Positions 1-9,459 of a stretch of DNA of 64,000 nucleotides are shown here, in pieces; positions within the stretch are counted from its first letter, which is position 1, and each line of letters begins with the position of its first letter. Source of the DNA: a virus; IMG/VR virus record IMGVR_UViG_3300030107_002115, positions 7,481-71,480 of that record. The stretch is one strand, 5' to 3'. The position numbers and the translations under genes were made by a program. The notes under the pieces were generated by a model. It worked only from the letters and a program-made list of their open reading frames with translations, was not told where the DNA came from and searched no databases.

Positions 1-420
1 TTTAATCATAATTTTGCTAAAGATTTAGACACAGATGAAACTTACCTTCCTTGGGGCAATAGTGAAGATTTAACTTCTATGAGAAGTGCTCAAGGATATC
101 TAACCCCATTTAAAATGATTTGCCACAAACTTATCTTTAGACCACCAAATCTAACAGATAATACTGATAATATAACATTTGCAATTAAAAAAATTGATAA
201 CGGAGATAACACAGAAGACTCAGTTTGTAACTATACTTATTCAACTACATTTGTTGATTATACTTCTATTACAATTAATACCTCTGATTGGAGTGCTAGC
301 CCAACTGTTGGAGCTGGCGATATTGTTGCAATCACCATTGATGCATCTCATACTGGTATAACGACTTCATCTATGGAGTTTTTTATAACATCAGTTTGGA
401 AAACATTCATAGAAACTTAA
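1..420 (+). CDS. Virion/tail accessory protein, 5'-truncated; homolog of 46521..47225
   Basis: Frame is open from nt 1 (FNHNFAKDLDTDETYLPW...) and aligns without gaps to the C-terminal 139 aa of 46521..47225. Confidence 0.8.
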   Translation, partial: FNHNFAKDLDTDETYLPWGNSEDLTSMRSAQGYLTPFKMICHKLIFRPPNLTDNTDNITFAIKKIDNGDNTEDSVCNYTYSTTFVDYTSITINTSDWSASPTVGAGDIVAITIDASHTGITTSSMEFFITSVWKTFIET

Positions 421-431
421 AGGATATAATT

Positions 432-1799
432 ATGTCATACGATAAAGGAAAAACAATAAGAGAATACATGCAAGGCGGTAATATCCAACCTATGGGCTAT
501 GCAGCAGGTGGGTATGCTGATGCTTTAAGTAGATTTAAATTAGGTCTAGATAAAGACAAAGCTTTTGGATTACAAGAAGCCCAATCTCGTGTTCTTGGAA
601 AACAATCAAAAGAAAGGGGGCTATTCGGTGGATTAGGTAGTACCGCATTAGCTGGGCTTACAAAGGTTGCATTACCAGCTCTTTTAACCACTATGAGTGG
701 TGGAGCTATAAATCCCATGACCATGAAATTAATAATGGCTGGTGCTGGAGCAGTTGCTTCTGGACTTGGTAAATGGGGTGGAGAAAAACTAGCTGAAAAA
801 AGAACAGATACTAGTGGAGTAGGCACACAATCTTCTACTGGATTATTTAAGCCGGGATTTAAGCAATTAGGACAAACTAAAAGAGAAATAGAGGGAGGAG
901 CTGCAGAAAGAGCATTGGGAGCTGGTATTGATAGCTTGGTTAAATCTGGAAGCAAAGAACTAGGTGGTGCTTTACTTGCTAAAGCTCCTAGATTATTCGG
1001 TGATGCAGGAGCTAGAAGTATTGGATTAGGTGGAGATGCTTTTGCTAAAGATGTAACTGCTAAAGGAATTGCTGATAACCCTTGGTTAGAAACAGCAAGT
1101 GATGTAGATGATGCTTGGGCTGCTGGATTATTAGATTCGCCTGAGGGAGTAGGTGGTCAGTCTCTTAGTCAAGCACAAGGATTAGGTTTAAATGTTGGAA
1201 TACCTTCAATGACAGACTTTGATTTAGGTCGTTTTTATGGCAATGTACCATCTTCTGTATCTGATGCATTAACTACTGCGGAAGTCCCACCACCTGCTAT
1301 GGCATTGGGTTCTACGCCACAACAATTTTCTTTATATAGTCCTAACCTTATACGAAATCAAATGTTTAATCAAGGCGGTGTAGTTAGAGGTTATGAAGAT
1401 GGTGGCTCTGTTAAAAGAAAAACTTTATATGGTGCTGGTGCTGATTTAGATAAAGCAAATATGGGTACAGAAGGAGACTTTTACAATATGAGAAGAGTTT
1501 TATCTATACCAGCAGAACAAGTTGGAGAAGGAAAAGGGTTGAGATATTATGGAGGGGAAGGTAGAAGCAATAGAATGAGTTTAGCAAGAGATAAGGCTGG
1601 CTTTGATGCTACGCAGCAAATGGCATTTGCTCCTCAAGACTCAATTCCATTTGATATGATTGAACAATATTTATCAGAAGTTCCTCAAGAAAAACGAGGA
1701 TTGCGTGGATTATTAGGTTTTCAACAAGGTGGTCAAACGCAAGGATACGCAGGCGGTGGCTTAATAAACATGCTACCATTTAACAGGAGGGTTATGTAA
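432..1799 (+). CDS. Putative internal virion (ejection/pilot) protein with [YFM]xxGG motifs
   Basis: Gly/Ala-rich with hydrophobic stretch; first gene of the post-tail cluster; ATG at 432 follows AAGGA (track start 396 is probably too far upstream). Confidence 0.6.
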   Translation: MSYDKGKTIREYMQGGNIQPMGYAAGGYADALSRFKLGLDKDKAFGLQEAQSRVLGKQSKERGLFGGLGSTALAGLTKVALPALLTTMSGGAINPMTMKLIMAGAGAVASGLGKWGGEKLAEKRTDTSGVGTQSSTGLFKPGFKQLGQTKREIEGGAAERALGAGIDSLVKSGSKELGGALLAKAPRLFGDAGARSIGLGGDAFAKDVTAKGIADNPWLETASDVDDAWAAGLLDSPEGVGGQSLSQAQGLGLNVGIPSMTDFDLGRFYGNVPSSVSDALTTAEVPPPAMALGSTPQQFSLYSPNLIRNQMFNQGGVVRGYEDGGSVKRKTLYGAGADLDKANMGTEGDFYNMRRVLSIPAEQVGEGKGLRYYGGEGRSNRMSLARDKAGFDATQQMAFAPQDSIPFDMIEQYLSEVPQEKRGLRGLLGFQQGGQTQGYAGGGLINMLPFNRRVM

Positions 1800-3451
1800 T
1801 GCCAGATACAGTACCAGCTATGCTAGAACCCGGTGAATTTGTTATACGCAAAGATGCTGTTGATGAAATAGGAGTAGATAAATTAAATATGTTAAACAAT
1901 ATAGATAGGTCTAGCCAGATGTATATGAATGATGGTGGGTTTGTTCCTCAATTACAACATGGTCATTCAGCTATAGATGAACTATTAGCTATGAATACAT
2001 TAAACAATCAAGCTAATGTAGATATTACTAGACAAAGTTCTATGATGAATCAGCATCATAGGCGGTTATTACCAGATGCTCAATTTACCCCAGAAAAAGA
2101 CATTCTACATTTTTTACAATCTTCAATGTCTGAAACAAACCCAATGGACGAACCGAGAAGAGGAAATAGTGAAGATAAAAATACAATTCGTAAATTATCA
2201 GACGAAGAATTAAAAAAATTAATACCGCCAAAAGAAAAAAAATACTTAGTTCCAAGAAAAAATAGAAAATGGGATTGGAGAAATTTTAATCAAGGTGGTC
2301 AAGCAAAATCTCCTCCTCCGGCTGTCGGTATACTTGGAGAAGTTCCATCATCTGAAATAAAAAAATTATTAATGTCTGATGAATTTAATCTTAGTCCTCA
2401 AGACCCAGACCCATTACAAATAGATGCAAGAATGCGTAGAGAGTTTAATGATATTGGCACTATAGGTATGGTGGATTCTAGTGCATCACTAGCTCAAATG
2501 TTAGATAAAATACAACAAGATAACGCTATGCGTAAACATCTTGAAAAAAGATATGGGGATAAACCAGAAACTTTAAGAGCACACTTAGAAGTAAGAAAAG
2601 ATGATTTCATGCCTCAAGAAGAAATAATGAAGTGGCTTAATTACGCAGCTAAACAAACTCAACCTAAATCAAATACTATTAGAGGGTATGATACTGGTGG
2701 TTATGTAGAAGAAGACTTTGCTAAAGGTTCTGAAAATTATGAATATGATTATTCAAGACCAGCTCAAACTGTAACAGGTGGAGATACTGGTACTGAAACT
2801 ACGGTAGACCCAATGCTTACTGATTTATTAGGTGAAGCTGGTATTGTTATAGACCCAGCTCAAATGGATAAATTTAGACAGTTTGACCCTTCTAAAGACT
2901 ATAAAGAAGCACAGCAATCATATACTGGAACTATGGATACTTTACAAACTACTGGAGCTGATACTCTTGCAAAACTATTAAAACAAACACAAGGAATGGG
3001 ATTAGGTGAAGTTAGTGGCATTAGAGAATCTGCTCAACAATCTGCATCAAAAAGTCTTTATCAAGATTATGCAACTAAAGCTGGAAAAGCAGCAGATATA
3101 TATGAAAGTGATAAGGAAGCTGCCGTAGATGCTTGGAAAACTTCTCAATTAGGTATAGCTGGAGATATAATGCAAGCTGGTGGAGGAATGACTGAAGATG
3201 CAAGTGAAGCATCTGCTAATTTTGATTCTTATTTACAAAATATTATGAGCACAGGTAATGACCATTGGGAAAAGTCTCATTTAGAAGCGTATAGAGATAT
3301 GCCTAGTGGCCCAGAATTTCTTAGATGGTTTCAACAATATGCAGGTGAAGGTGCTAAAATAGGAGGAGATAATGTTAGAAGTATGTGGAGTACTGATAAA
3401 GGTGAATTAGAAAAAGCATATGATTATTTCACAACAAATATAAACACATAA
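1799..3451 (+). CDS. Putative internal virion protein with tape-measure-like DxVPAxLxxGEFV domain
   Basis: N-terminus MPDTVPAMLEPGEFVIRKDAV; TAATG coupling with upstream gene; three xxxGG motifs. Confidence 0.6.
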   Translation: MPDTVPAMLEPGEFVIRKDAVDEIGVDKLNMLNNIDRSSQMYMNDGGFVPQLQHGHSAIDELLAMNTLNNQANVDITRQSSMMNQHHRRLLPDAQFTPEKDILHFLQSSMSETNPMDEPRRGNSEDKNTIRKLSDEELKKLIPPKEKKYLVPRKNRKWDWRNFNQGGQAKSPPPAVGILGEVPSSEIKKLLMSDEFNLSPQDPDPLQIDARMRREFNDIGTIGMVDSSASLAQMLDKIQQDNAMRKHLEKRYGDKPETLRAHLEVRKDDFMPQEEIMKWLNYAAKQTQPKSNTIRGYDTGGYVEEDFAKGSENYEYDYSRPAQTVTGGDTGTETTVDPMLTDLLGEAGIVIDPAQMDKFRQFDPSKDYKEAQQSYTGTMDTLQTTGADTLAKLLKQTQGMGLGEVSGIRESAQQSASKSLYQDYATKAGKAADIYESDKEAAVDAWKTSQLGIAGDIMQAGGGMTEDASEASANFDSYLQNIMSTGNDHWEKSHLEAYRDMPSGPEFLRWFQQYAGEGAKIGGDNVRSMWSTDKGELEKAYDYFTTNINT

Positions 3452-3461
3452 AGGATTTATA

Positions 3462-4673
3462 ATGGCTAATCAATATGGAGCAGTTCCTAGACCAACTATA
3501 AGAATAGAAAGACCAGAAAGACCAGATTGGGAAGGAATAATATCAGATTTTCAAAAAAAGTTTTTTCCTAGTGAAGAAGAAAAACAAGAATTACGACTTA
3601 GAGAAGATGCAAATGATAGGGCTAATGCTTTATTGCAACTTAGAAGAAATGAACAGGTTCAAACCAGTATACAAAATTCTAAGGACAATGCTAGGGCTGA
3701 TAGACTTGCGACAATTAAAGAAGATGAAAATACTAGGATTGAAGACACACACCAAGAAGCTATAAAAGATAAAGAATTTAAAATTGCAGAAGAAGATTTT
3801 AATATTGGCTGGAATGACAGGATTAAAGATAATGATATAGGTGGAGCATTAGCTTGGGCAAGTGGTTACACAACTTCAAATCCTAGATTATCTAAAAAAA
3901 TAGCTTCTTTAGAAAAAAACTTATCTGGTAAAAATATGATATTAGAAAGTAATGTAACCGCATTAGAAGGTATGCTTCCCGGTATTATAGATAAACTAGG
4001 TGGAAGAAGTATTGTAAAAAGTATCTTATTTAAAGACCCAACCGCTATTGCAAAAGAAATGTTAATATCAGAAGTGGGTAAAATAACTGGAGACAATGAA
4101 AAAGAATTTGAAAGACAAGCTACGCTCATAGGTCTTAAGTTAAAACAAACTGAACAAATGATAGATAGCCCAGAAAAACAAGCTATCATGACTTCTATAA
4201 CAGAAGACATAAATAAATTTACAGAAAAGAGTGGGGTTAATGTAGATAACCTTTTAAACAACGTAGGAGATATTGGAATAGATGTAGAAGAAGAGCCAGA
4301 GTATAAAGCGAGTGGAGTTGTTGGTTTTTTGGAAGATTTAGCACCAACACTTGGTACAGCTGAAAAAATAGGTGCTAAATTAGGCTTTCCTTCTGCAAAA
4401 AAAGCAGTAGATAAAAGAATATATAAAAAAAATATTGAACCTTATTTAATTGATAATGATGCTCATGGCTTAATATTTTATAGTGCCCTTGCAAATGTAT
4501 ATGGAAAAAATAAAGATGGAGAAATAGGGTTCTTAAATGAAAAAGGGGCTAGGCTTTTTAAAAACACAGTCCCAGAAGATAAACAAGAACAAGTATTGTC
4601 TGTATTAAAAAGCTATCATACAAACCCTAAAAAATGGCTTTTAGATTATTACAGAAAAAACCCAGATAAGTAA
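3462..4673 (+). CDS. Putative ejection protein (helical)
   Basis: 403 aa charged/helical ORF, AAGGA RBS, position equivalent to 49513..51318. Confidence 0.55.
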   Translation: MANQYGAVPRPTIRIERPERPDWEGIISDFQKKFFPSEEEKQELRLREDANDRANALLQLRRNEQVQTSIQNSKDNARADRLATIKEDENTRIEDTHQEAIKDKEFKIAEEDFNIGWNDRIKDNDIGGALAWASGYTTSNPRLSKKIASLEKNLSGKNMILESNVTALEGMLPGIIDKLGGRSIVKSILFKDPTAIAKEMLISEVGKITGDNEKEFERQATLIGLKLKQTEQMIDSPEKQAIMTSITEDINKFTEKSGVNVDNLLNNVGDIGIDVEEEPEYKASGVVGFLEDLAPTLGTAEKIGAKLGFPSAKKAVDKRIYKKNIEPYLIDNDAHGLIFYSALANVYGKNKDGEIGFLNEKGARLFKNTVPEDKQEQVLSVLKSYHTNPKKWLLDYYRKNPDK

Positions 4674-7600
4674 TGGCAATAACAAGAGAAAAATTCCTAT
4701 CTTCTTTTAGGCAAAAGTATCCTCAATTAGAAGACATAGATGATAATGAATTATATGGAAGTTTAATAAAAAAATTCCCTCAATATGAAGGGAAAATAAT
4801 TAAAGAAAATAATGAGAGTGTATGGGATTCTATGCCGGATATTATAAAGTCTGGTTATAATAAATCTATACAAGGAATGAGTCATGAAATAGCAACAGGT
4901 AAAAAGAGATTTGATTTATCTGGCTATGAACCTAGTGTTTTAGAGGATATAGGCTCTGAATTATTATCTAATTTTGCTTCTCTTCCAGATGCTGGTGCTA
5001 CAATAATAAGTGGAGGTATTGGAGGAGCTGTTGGTAAAAAATTATTTGGTAACTATGTATTTAAAGCATTAGCTAGAAATAAAGTTAAAGAGGGAGTCGC
5101 AAGAGAAGTAGCTTCAAAAGCTATAGCTAAAGGTATAGGAGCTTCTGGTGCTCAATTTGGAACATACCAAGGAGCTAGGGATTACTTAAATCAAAAACTT
5201 GAAACAGGAGAGGTTAAACCCGGTCAAGTAATTAGGTCTACACTTGGTGGGTTTGCTTTGGGGGGTATAACAGGTGGAAGCGGTGGATATTTAACACAAA
5301 GAGGGTATAGTACTCTTTCAAGAATAGGTATAGAAGCTGGAACATTAGGGACTGGAACTCCATTGTTAATGGAAGGAGAACTACCAACTCCTCAAGATTA
5401 TTTAGATTCTGCTGGCATGGTGTTAGGAATCAAAGCTGTAGGAGGTTTATTAAAATCACCAAAAGCTTTAAAATCAATGGCTAAACGCTATAAAGAAACA
5501 GGTTCTTTTTTAGAAATTAATCCAGAATTTGTAACAAGTAAAAATATACCAGCTGATATAAGAAAAAGATATGGTCAAGCAGCTACCGAAACTATTGATA
5601 AAGCTAGACAACAATCAGAAGTATGGATGGGGAAAGACGGAAGTAAAGTCCATATAATGGAAAATAATCCTAATAAAAAATATTACAAAGTATACAACCC
5701 AAATAGAAATTTAGATGAAAAAGAGCAATTTTTTAATATTAGTAAAAATAAATTTCATAAACAATATAATTTACAAAATAAAACTGTAGACCCAAACACA
5801 CTACCAAGTGATAGAGATGCAAACTTAAGAAGTATTGAAAAAAGTTTAGGCTTAAATAAAAGCGGTGCTCAACTAAGAAGAATTAAACATATAGGTAAAG
5901 AATATAAAGATATATTAGTTGGAGTTGATAAAAAAGTATTAGAAAGTATAAGAATTCCATTAAAAAGTCTTAGTAATAAATCTGCTAATGAATATAGAAA
6001 CAGTTTATTAAAAGAAGTTCAAATTAAAAAATATGAAAATGATTTTAAAAAGAAAGGTTGGGAGACTAGAAGTACTTTTAAACATAAAATATTAGAAGAT
6101 TTTTTCCCCAAAAAACTAAGTAATATATTTGAAAAGTTATTGCCAGCAGCTCAAAGAGGTTCAAATGACCCTGCTATGCGTAGGTATATATATGATGTTT
6201 CTAGATATCAAGACGCAAATAGTACTTTACTTGGTAATTTTATGACTAATTTATATGGTCTATCTGATAATAATTTCAATATAAGTAGAGCAGAGCTAAG
6301 ACCTTTTTGGAAAGCTGGAATGAGCAGAAAAGATGCTGAGATGAAATATTGGGAAAATATGACCAATTTAAAAGAAGCAGGTAAATTAGATATGTGGGAC
6401 GATTTTACTGATGATATTTTTAACAGAGCTAGGCAAGCTGGAATAGAAATTCCCGGATATTTTAAACATTACGTTCCACAAATGTTAAAACGAGAATATT
6501 CAGAAATTGTATTTAATGATTTAATATCTGTTAAAGAAAAACAATCAGCTTTATTTAAGTCTATATTAAAAGATTTAAATATAAAAAACAATACTAAAAC
6601 CTCTACTGGAATTGATGATTTATTAGGAGCATTTAACAATGTAGATGACCTTATTGCTAATAATAAAGATGTTGCTAAAGCCGCTAATACATTAATAATG
6701 AAGTCTCTTAATTCAATGAGTAAAGAAACACAATCTGCAATAAGAGCAAATATGAGTAGACAAGGAGAGTTTAGTGCTTTAAAAGCTTACGCTGCTGTTG
6801 GAAGACATATTTATAATGATATGTTTAGTACTTTTGGTAATTTAGAAAATACAAGAAAGGCAATTATTCCTCCAGAACTACTTGAAAGACATCTCCCAAC
6901 TCTTATGTCTCAATATGCAAGTAAAGCCGCTAGAAGAATAGCACAAGTTGAGACATTTGGATTAAGGGGTGAGAGATATAAAGCCTTAATGAAGGGATTA
7001 GAAGCTAGAAACCCAAGAGATGCTAGTATTATACATGAATTACAACATCATGTTACTGGTCAAATAAAATACAACACAGAATATGGCTATAGAACAGAGA
7101 CTAGGAACTTTGTAGATAATGTAATGGCTTGGGAAACAGGAACTAAGATAGGCTTAGGTTTTGCAACTATACCAAATGTAACTCAGTCTATGATATCTAC
7201 AGCTTTAGATGCTGGCTATTGGAGATTTCTTAGAGGAGTAATGGCTTTAGGTAGTAGAAAAAATAGAGAGTTAATAAAAGCTTCTGGAGCTACTAATTAT
7301 AGCCAAATAAATGAAATGATGGGGCTTAATAATTCAAGTAATTTAACTGGTGGATTTATAAGACCTACAGTAGATTTCCTTGGCAAGTGGAGTGGTTTTA
7401 ATACCGTAAATAAGATGAATCAATATTTAGCAGCTTCTACTGCTAGTGTTTATGTAAAAGATTTACATAAAATGGCCAGAGGGAAAGGATTGTTTAGTAA
7501 GTCTAGAAAGGCATGGGCTAATAGCAAATTAAAAGAACTAGGAATTGACTCTGAAAAATTTAAAAATTTTAATTTAGATATAGCAAAAGCAGGAGATACT

Positions 7601-8467
7601 GAGTTAGTTGCTATCCAAAAAGCTATGAGAAGATTTGCTAGCAATACTCAGCTACAAAAAGATATATTAAAAGACCCATTGATGTTTAATAACCCAAAGG
7701 TTCTACCATTTGTTCAATTTAAAAGATTTGGATATAGACAAGCTACATATTTAAAAGATATATTAAAGCATGATGCCGCTCATGGAAATTTTATGCCTAT
7801 GATAAGATTAGGAGTTGCTGGTTTTGCTGGTGGAGCTGGCGTTAATTGGGCTAGAAATTTTGCTAGAGAATTTCTTAGTGGTAAATTAGCTAGGGGAGAA
7901 TCTGAATATAATCCAGAAGCTGGTGTTTTAAGTAGATTAGTAAAAGAAGGGAAGATACCAGACTTAGATGAATTTATAGATGGCTTATCTTCGGTAGGTG
8001 CTCTTGGAGTTATAGGTGATATTATAACACCCGTATTAGATAGTGATAAGAATATGGCTAAGGCTATGGAATTTACTATGACCCCTGCGTTTTTATCAGA
8101 TATAAACAATCTATATACTCAATTTCTCAACCCACTAGGTAGTGATTTTAAAAATTTTCAAGCAGATGCTTTTAAAAGAATGCCTACTAGATTATTAAGG
8201 ACTGGAATATTTGGTGGTGCAACTGTTAAATCATTTAGTCAACTTATAGAAACCGAAGGTCTTAAAACACAAAGAATTAAATCTTTAAAGTCAAGAGAGT
8301 TAGGGAAAATACTTAGACTATTAGAAGAAAGTGAATATGAAAAAGCATATAGAAATGTAAGACTTTGGAATGAGTCTTATGGTAGCATCTTACCTATTGT
8401 GGCATCAGATGTAAATAATAAAAAACTAATAGCTAGAAAAAGAGCAAGATTAAAAAAGAAAGTATAA
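4673..8467 (+). CDS. Large DNA ejection / internal virion protein
   Basis: 1264 aa, Gly-rich hydrophobic N-terminal part, helical C-terminal part; syntenic with and similar to 51320..55825 (YVPQML/YVPNYL; NVTQ/NLLTGQTQ region). Confidence 0.65.
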   Translation: MAITREKFLSSFRQKYPQLEDIDDNELYGSLIKKFPQYEGKIIKENNESVWDSMPDIIKSGYNKSIQGMSHEIATGKKRFDLSGYEPSVLEDIGSELLSNFASLPDAGATIISGGIGGAVGKKLFGNYVFKALARNKVKEGVAREVASKAIAKGIGASGAQFGTYQGARDYLNQKLETGEVKPGQVIRSTLGGFALGGITGGSGGYLTQRGYSTLSRIGIEAGTLGTGTPLLMEGELPTPQDYLDSAGMVLGIKAVGGLLKSPKALKSMAKRYKETGSFLEINPEFVTSKNIPADIRKRYGQAATETIDKARQQSEVWMGKDGSKVHIMENNPNKKYYKVYNPNRNLDEKEQFFNISKNKFHKQYNLQNKTVDPNTLPSDRDANLRSIEKSLGLNKSGAQLRRIKHIGKEYKDILVGVDKKVLESIRIPLKSLSNKSANEYRNSLLKEVQIKKYENDFKKKGWETRSTFKHKILEDFFPKKLSNIFEKLLPAAQRGSNDPAMRRYIYDVSRYQDANSTLLGNFMTNLYGLSDNNFNISRAELRPFWKAGMSRKDAEMKYWENMTNLKEAGKLDMWDDFTDDIFNRARQAGIEIPGYFKHYVPQMLKREYSEIVFNDLISVKEKQSALFKSILKDLNIKNNTKTSTGIDDLLGAFNNVDDLIANNKDVAKAANTLIMKSLNSMSKETQSAIRANMSRQGEFSALKAYAAVGRHIYNDMFSTFGNLENTRKAIIPPELLERHLPTLMSQYASKAARRIAQVETFGLRGERYKALMKGLEARNPRDASIIHELQHHVTGQIKYNTEYGYRTETRNFVDNVMAWETGTKIGLGFATIPNVTQSMISTALDAGYWRFLRGVMALGSRKNRELIKASGATNYSQINEMMGLNNSSNLTGGFIRPTVDFLGKWSGFNTVNKMNQYLAASTASVYVKDLHKMARGKGLFSKSRKAWANSKLKELGIDSEKFKNFNLDIAKAGDTELVAIQKAMRRFASNTQLQKDILKDPLMFNNPKVLPFVQFKRFGYRQATYLKDILKHDAAHGNFMPMIRLGVAGFAGGAGVNWARNFAREFLSGKLARGESEYNPEAGVLSRLVKEGKIPDLDEFIDGLSSVGALGVIGDIITPVLDSDKNMAKAMEFTMTPAFLSDINNLYTQFLNPLGSDFKNFQADAFKRMPTRLLRTGIFGGATVKSFSQLIETEGLKTQRIKSLKSRELGKILRLLEESEYEKAYRNVRLWNESYGSILPIVASDVNNKKLIARKRARLKKKV

Positions 8468-9459
8468 TGCCTAAACAATCTATGTCAGATTTTCTTAAGC
8501 CACAGGCTACTACTCCTGTATCTACTAATGTCCATAGTAATATAGATGACTTAATAATACAATCTAAGCTAGATGAGTTTGCACAAACTGGTGTAATGTA
8601 TACAACACCCCTAGAGTATAAGGGTGGAGTAGATGATGTAGTAGCTAATATAGCTATGAATCCAATGATGACTTTAAAAAGTTTAGGAAGTATAGGTAAA
8701 AAATTACTACAAAAAACTGGTTTGCGTAATCCAATATATCATTTTACAAGAGGTGAGAAAGCTAGAGATATATTATCAGAAGGCACTATAAGGGGAACAG
8801 GGGAAATGTTTCCGGGGAAACCTTTTTATAAAGACTCTAGAAAATATATAGATAAATTATTAAGCAAAGATAAAACAGGGTGGCTTGACCAAACAGATTT
8901 AAAATTTGTAGAACAATTTCCTAAGTCTCCTTCCGTTTCTATTACCAGAGACCCTAAATTTTTATCTAGACCTCATAAGCATGTAGGGACAGATGTTAGA
9001 TTTGTTATGGATAGAGACGAGATGATAAAAAAGGGATTAAAGATAGAGCCATTTGCTGAAAAAGGTTTTGGAAAAGTCCATAGGACTTGGGATAAAGATA
9101 AATTTATAAGAATGAACCCTATGTTTGAATTTGAAGAAAGAGTAAGAGGAAATATTCCTACTGAAAATATAAAAATGATAGACCTTATAAGGTTTTCACC
9201 AAATAACTTCCTTACAGACATAAACAATCAAGATTTAATTAAAACATTAGTAAAATCTAACATTCCAAAAATAAAAAGTCAAACAGCCTACAATCAACTC
9301 CTAGATTTAAACAAAAGATTAACAAGTAAAAATTGGGAAGACAAAGTTAGTAAGCAAGGCGGTGTTCTACATATTGCAGACACTAGGGGGAATTTATTAA
9401 AGTATATAGATGAATTATTAAATACTCCTACTTATAAATTTGACCCATTTAAACGCTAA
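8467..9459 (+). CDS. Putative ADP-ribosyltransferase-fold protein, last gene of the virion operon
   Basis: Motifs IYHFT ... SVSITRDP ... EFEERV in the order of the three ART core strands. Confidence 0.5.
   Translation: MPKQSMSDFLKPQATTPVSTNVHSNIDDLIIQSKLDEFAQTGVMYTTPLEYKGGVDDVVANIAMNPMMTLKSLGSIGKKLLQKTGLRNPIYHFTRGEKARDILSEGTIRGTGEMFPGKPFYKDSRKYIDKLLSKDKTGWLDQTDLKFVEQFPKSPSVSITRDPKFLSRPHKHVGTDVRFVMDRDEMIKKGLKIEPFAEKGFGKVHRTWDKDKFIRMNPMFEFEERVRGNIPTENIKMIDLIRFSPNNFLTDINNQDLIKTLVKSNIPKIKSQTAYNQLLDLNKRLTSKNWEDKVSKQGGVLHIADTRGNLLKYIDELLNTPTYKFDPFKR

Noticed and set aside
1-420. Direct terminal repeat or circular overlap with 46806-47225
   Set aside because: Only about 75% aa identity and the downstream sequences differ, so these are homologs rather than the same DNA
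497-955. Antisense and nested ORFs in the track (e.g. 497..955, 3866..4261, 25921..26436, 48827..49252)
   Set aside because: Shadow frames of well-supported genes, lacking RBS and protein-like composition
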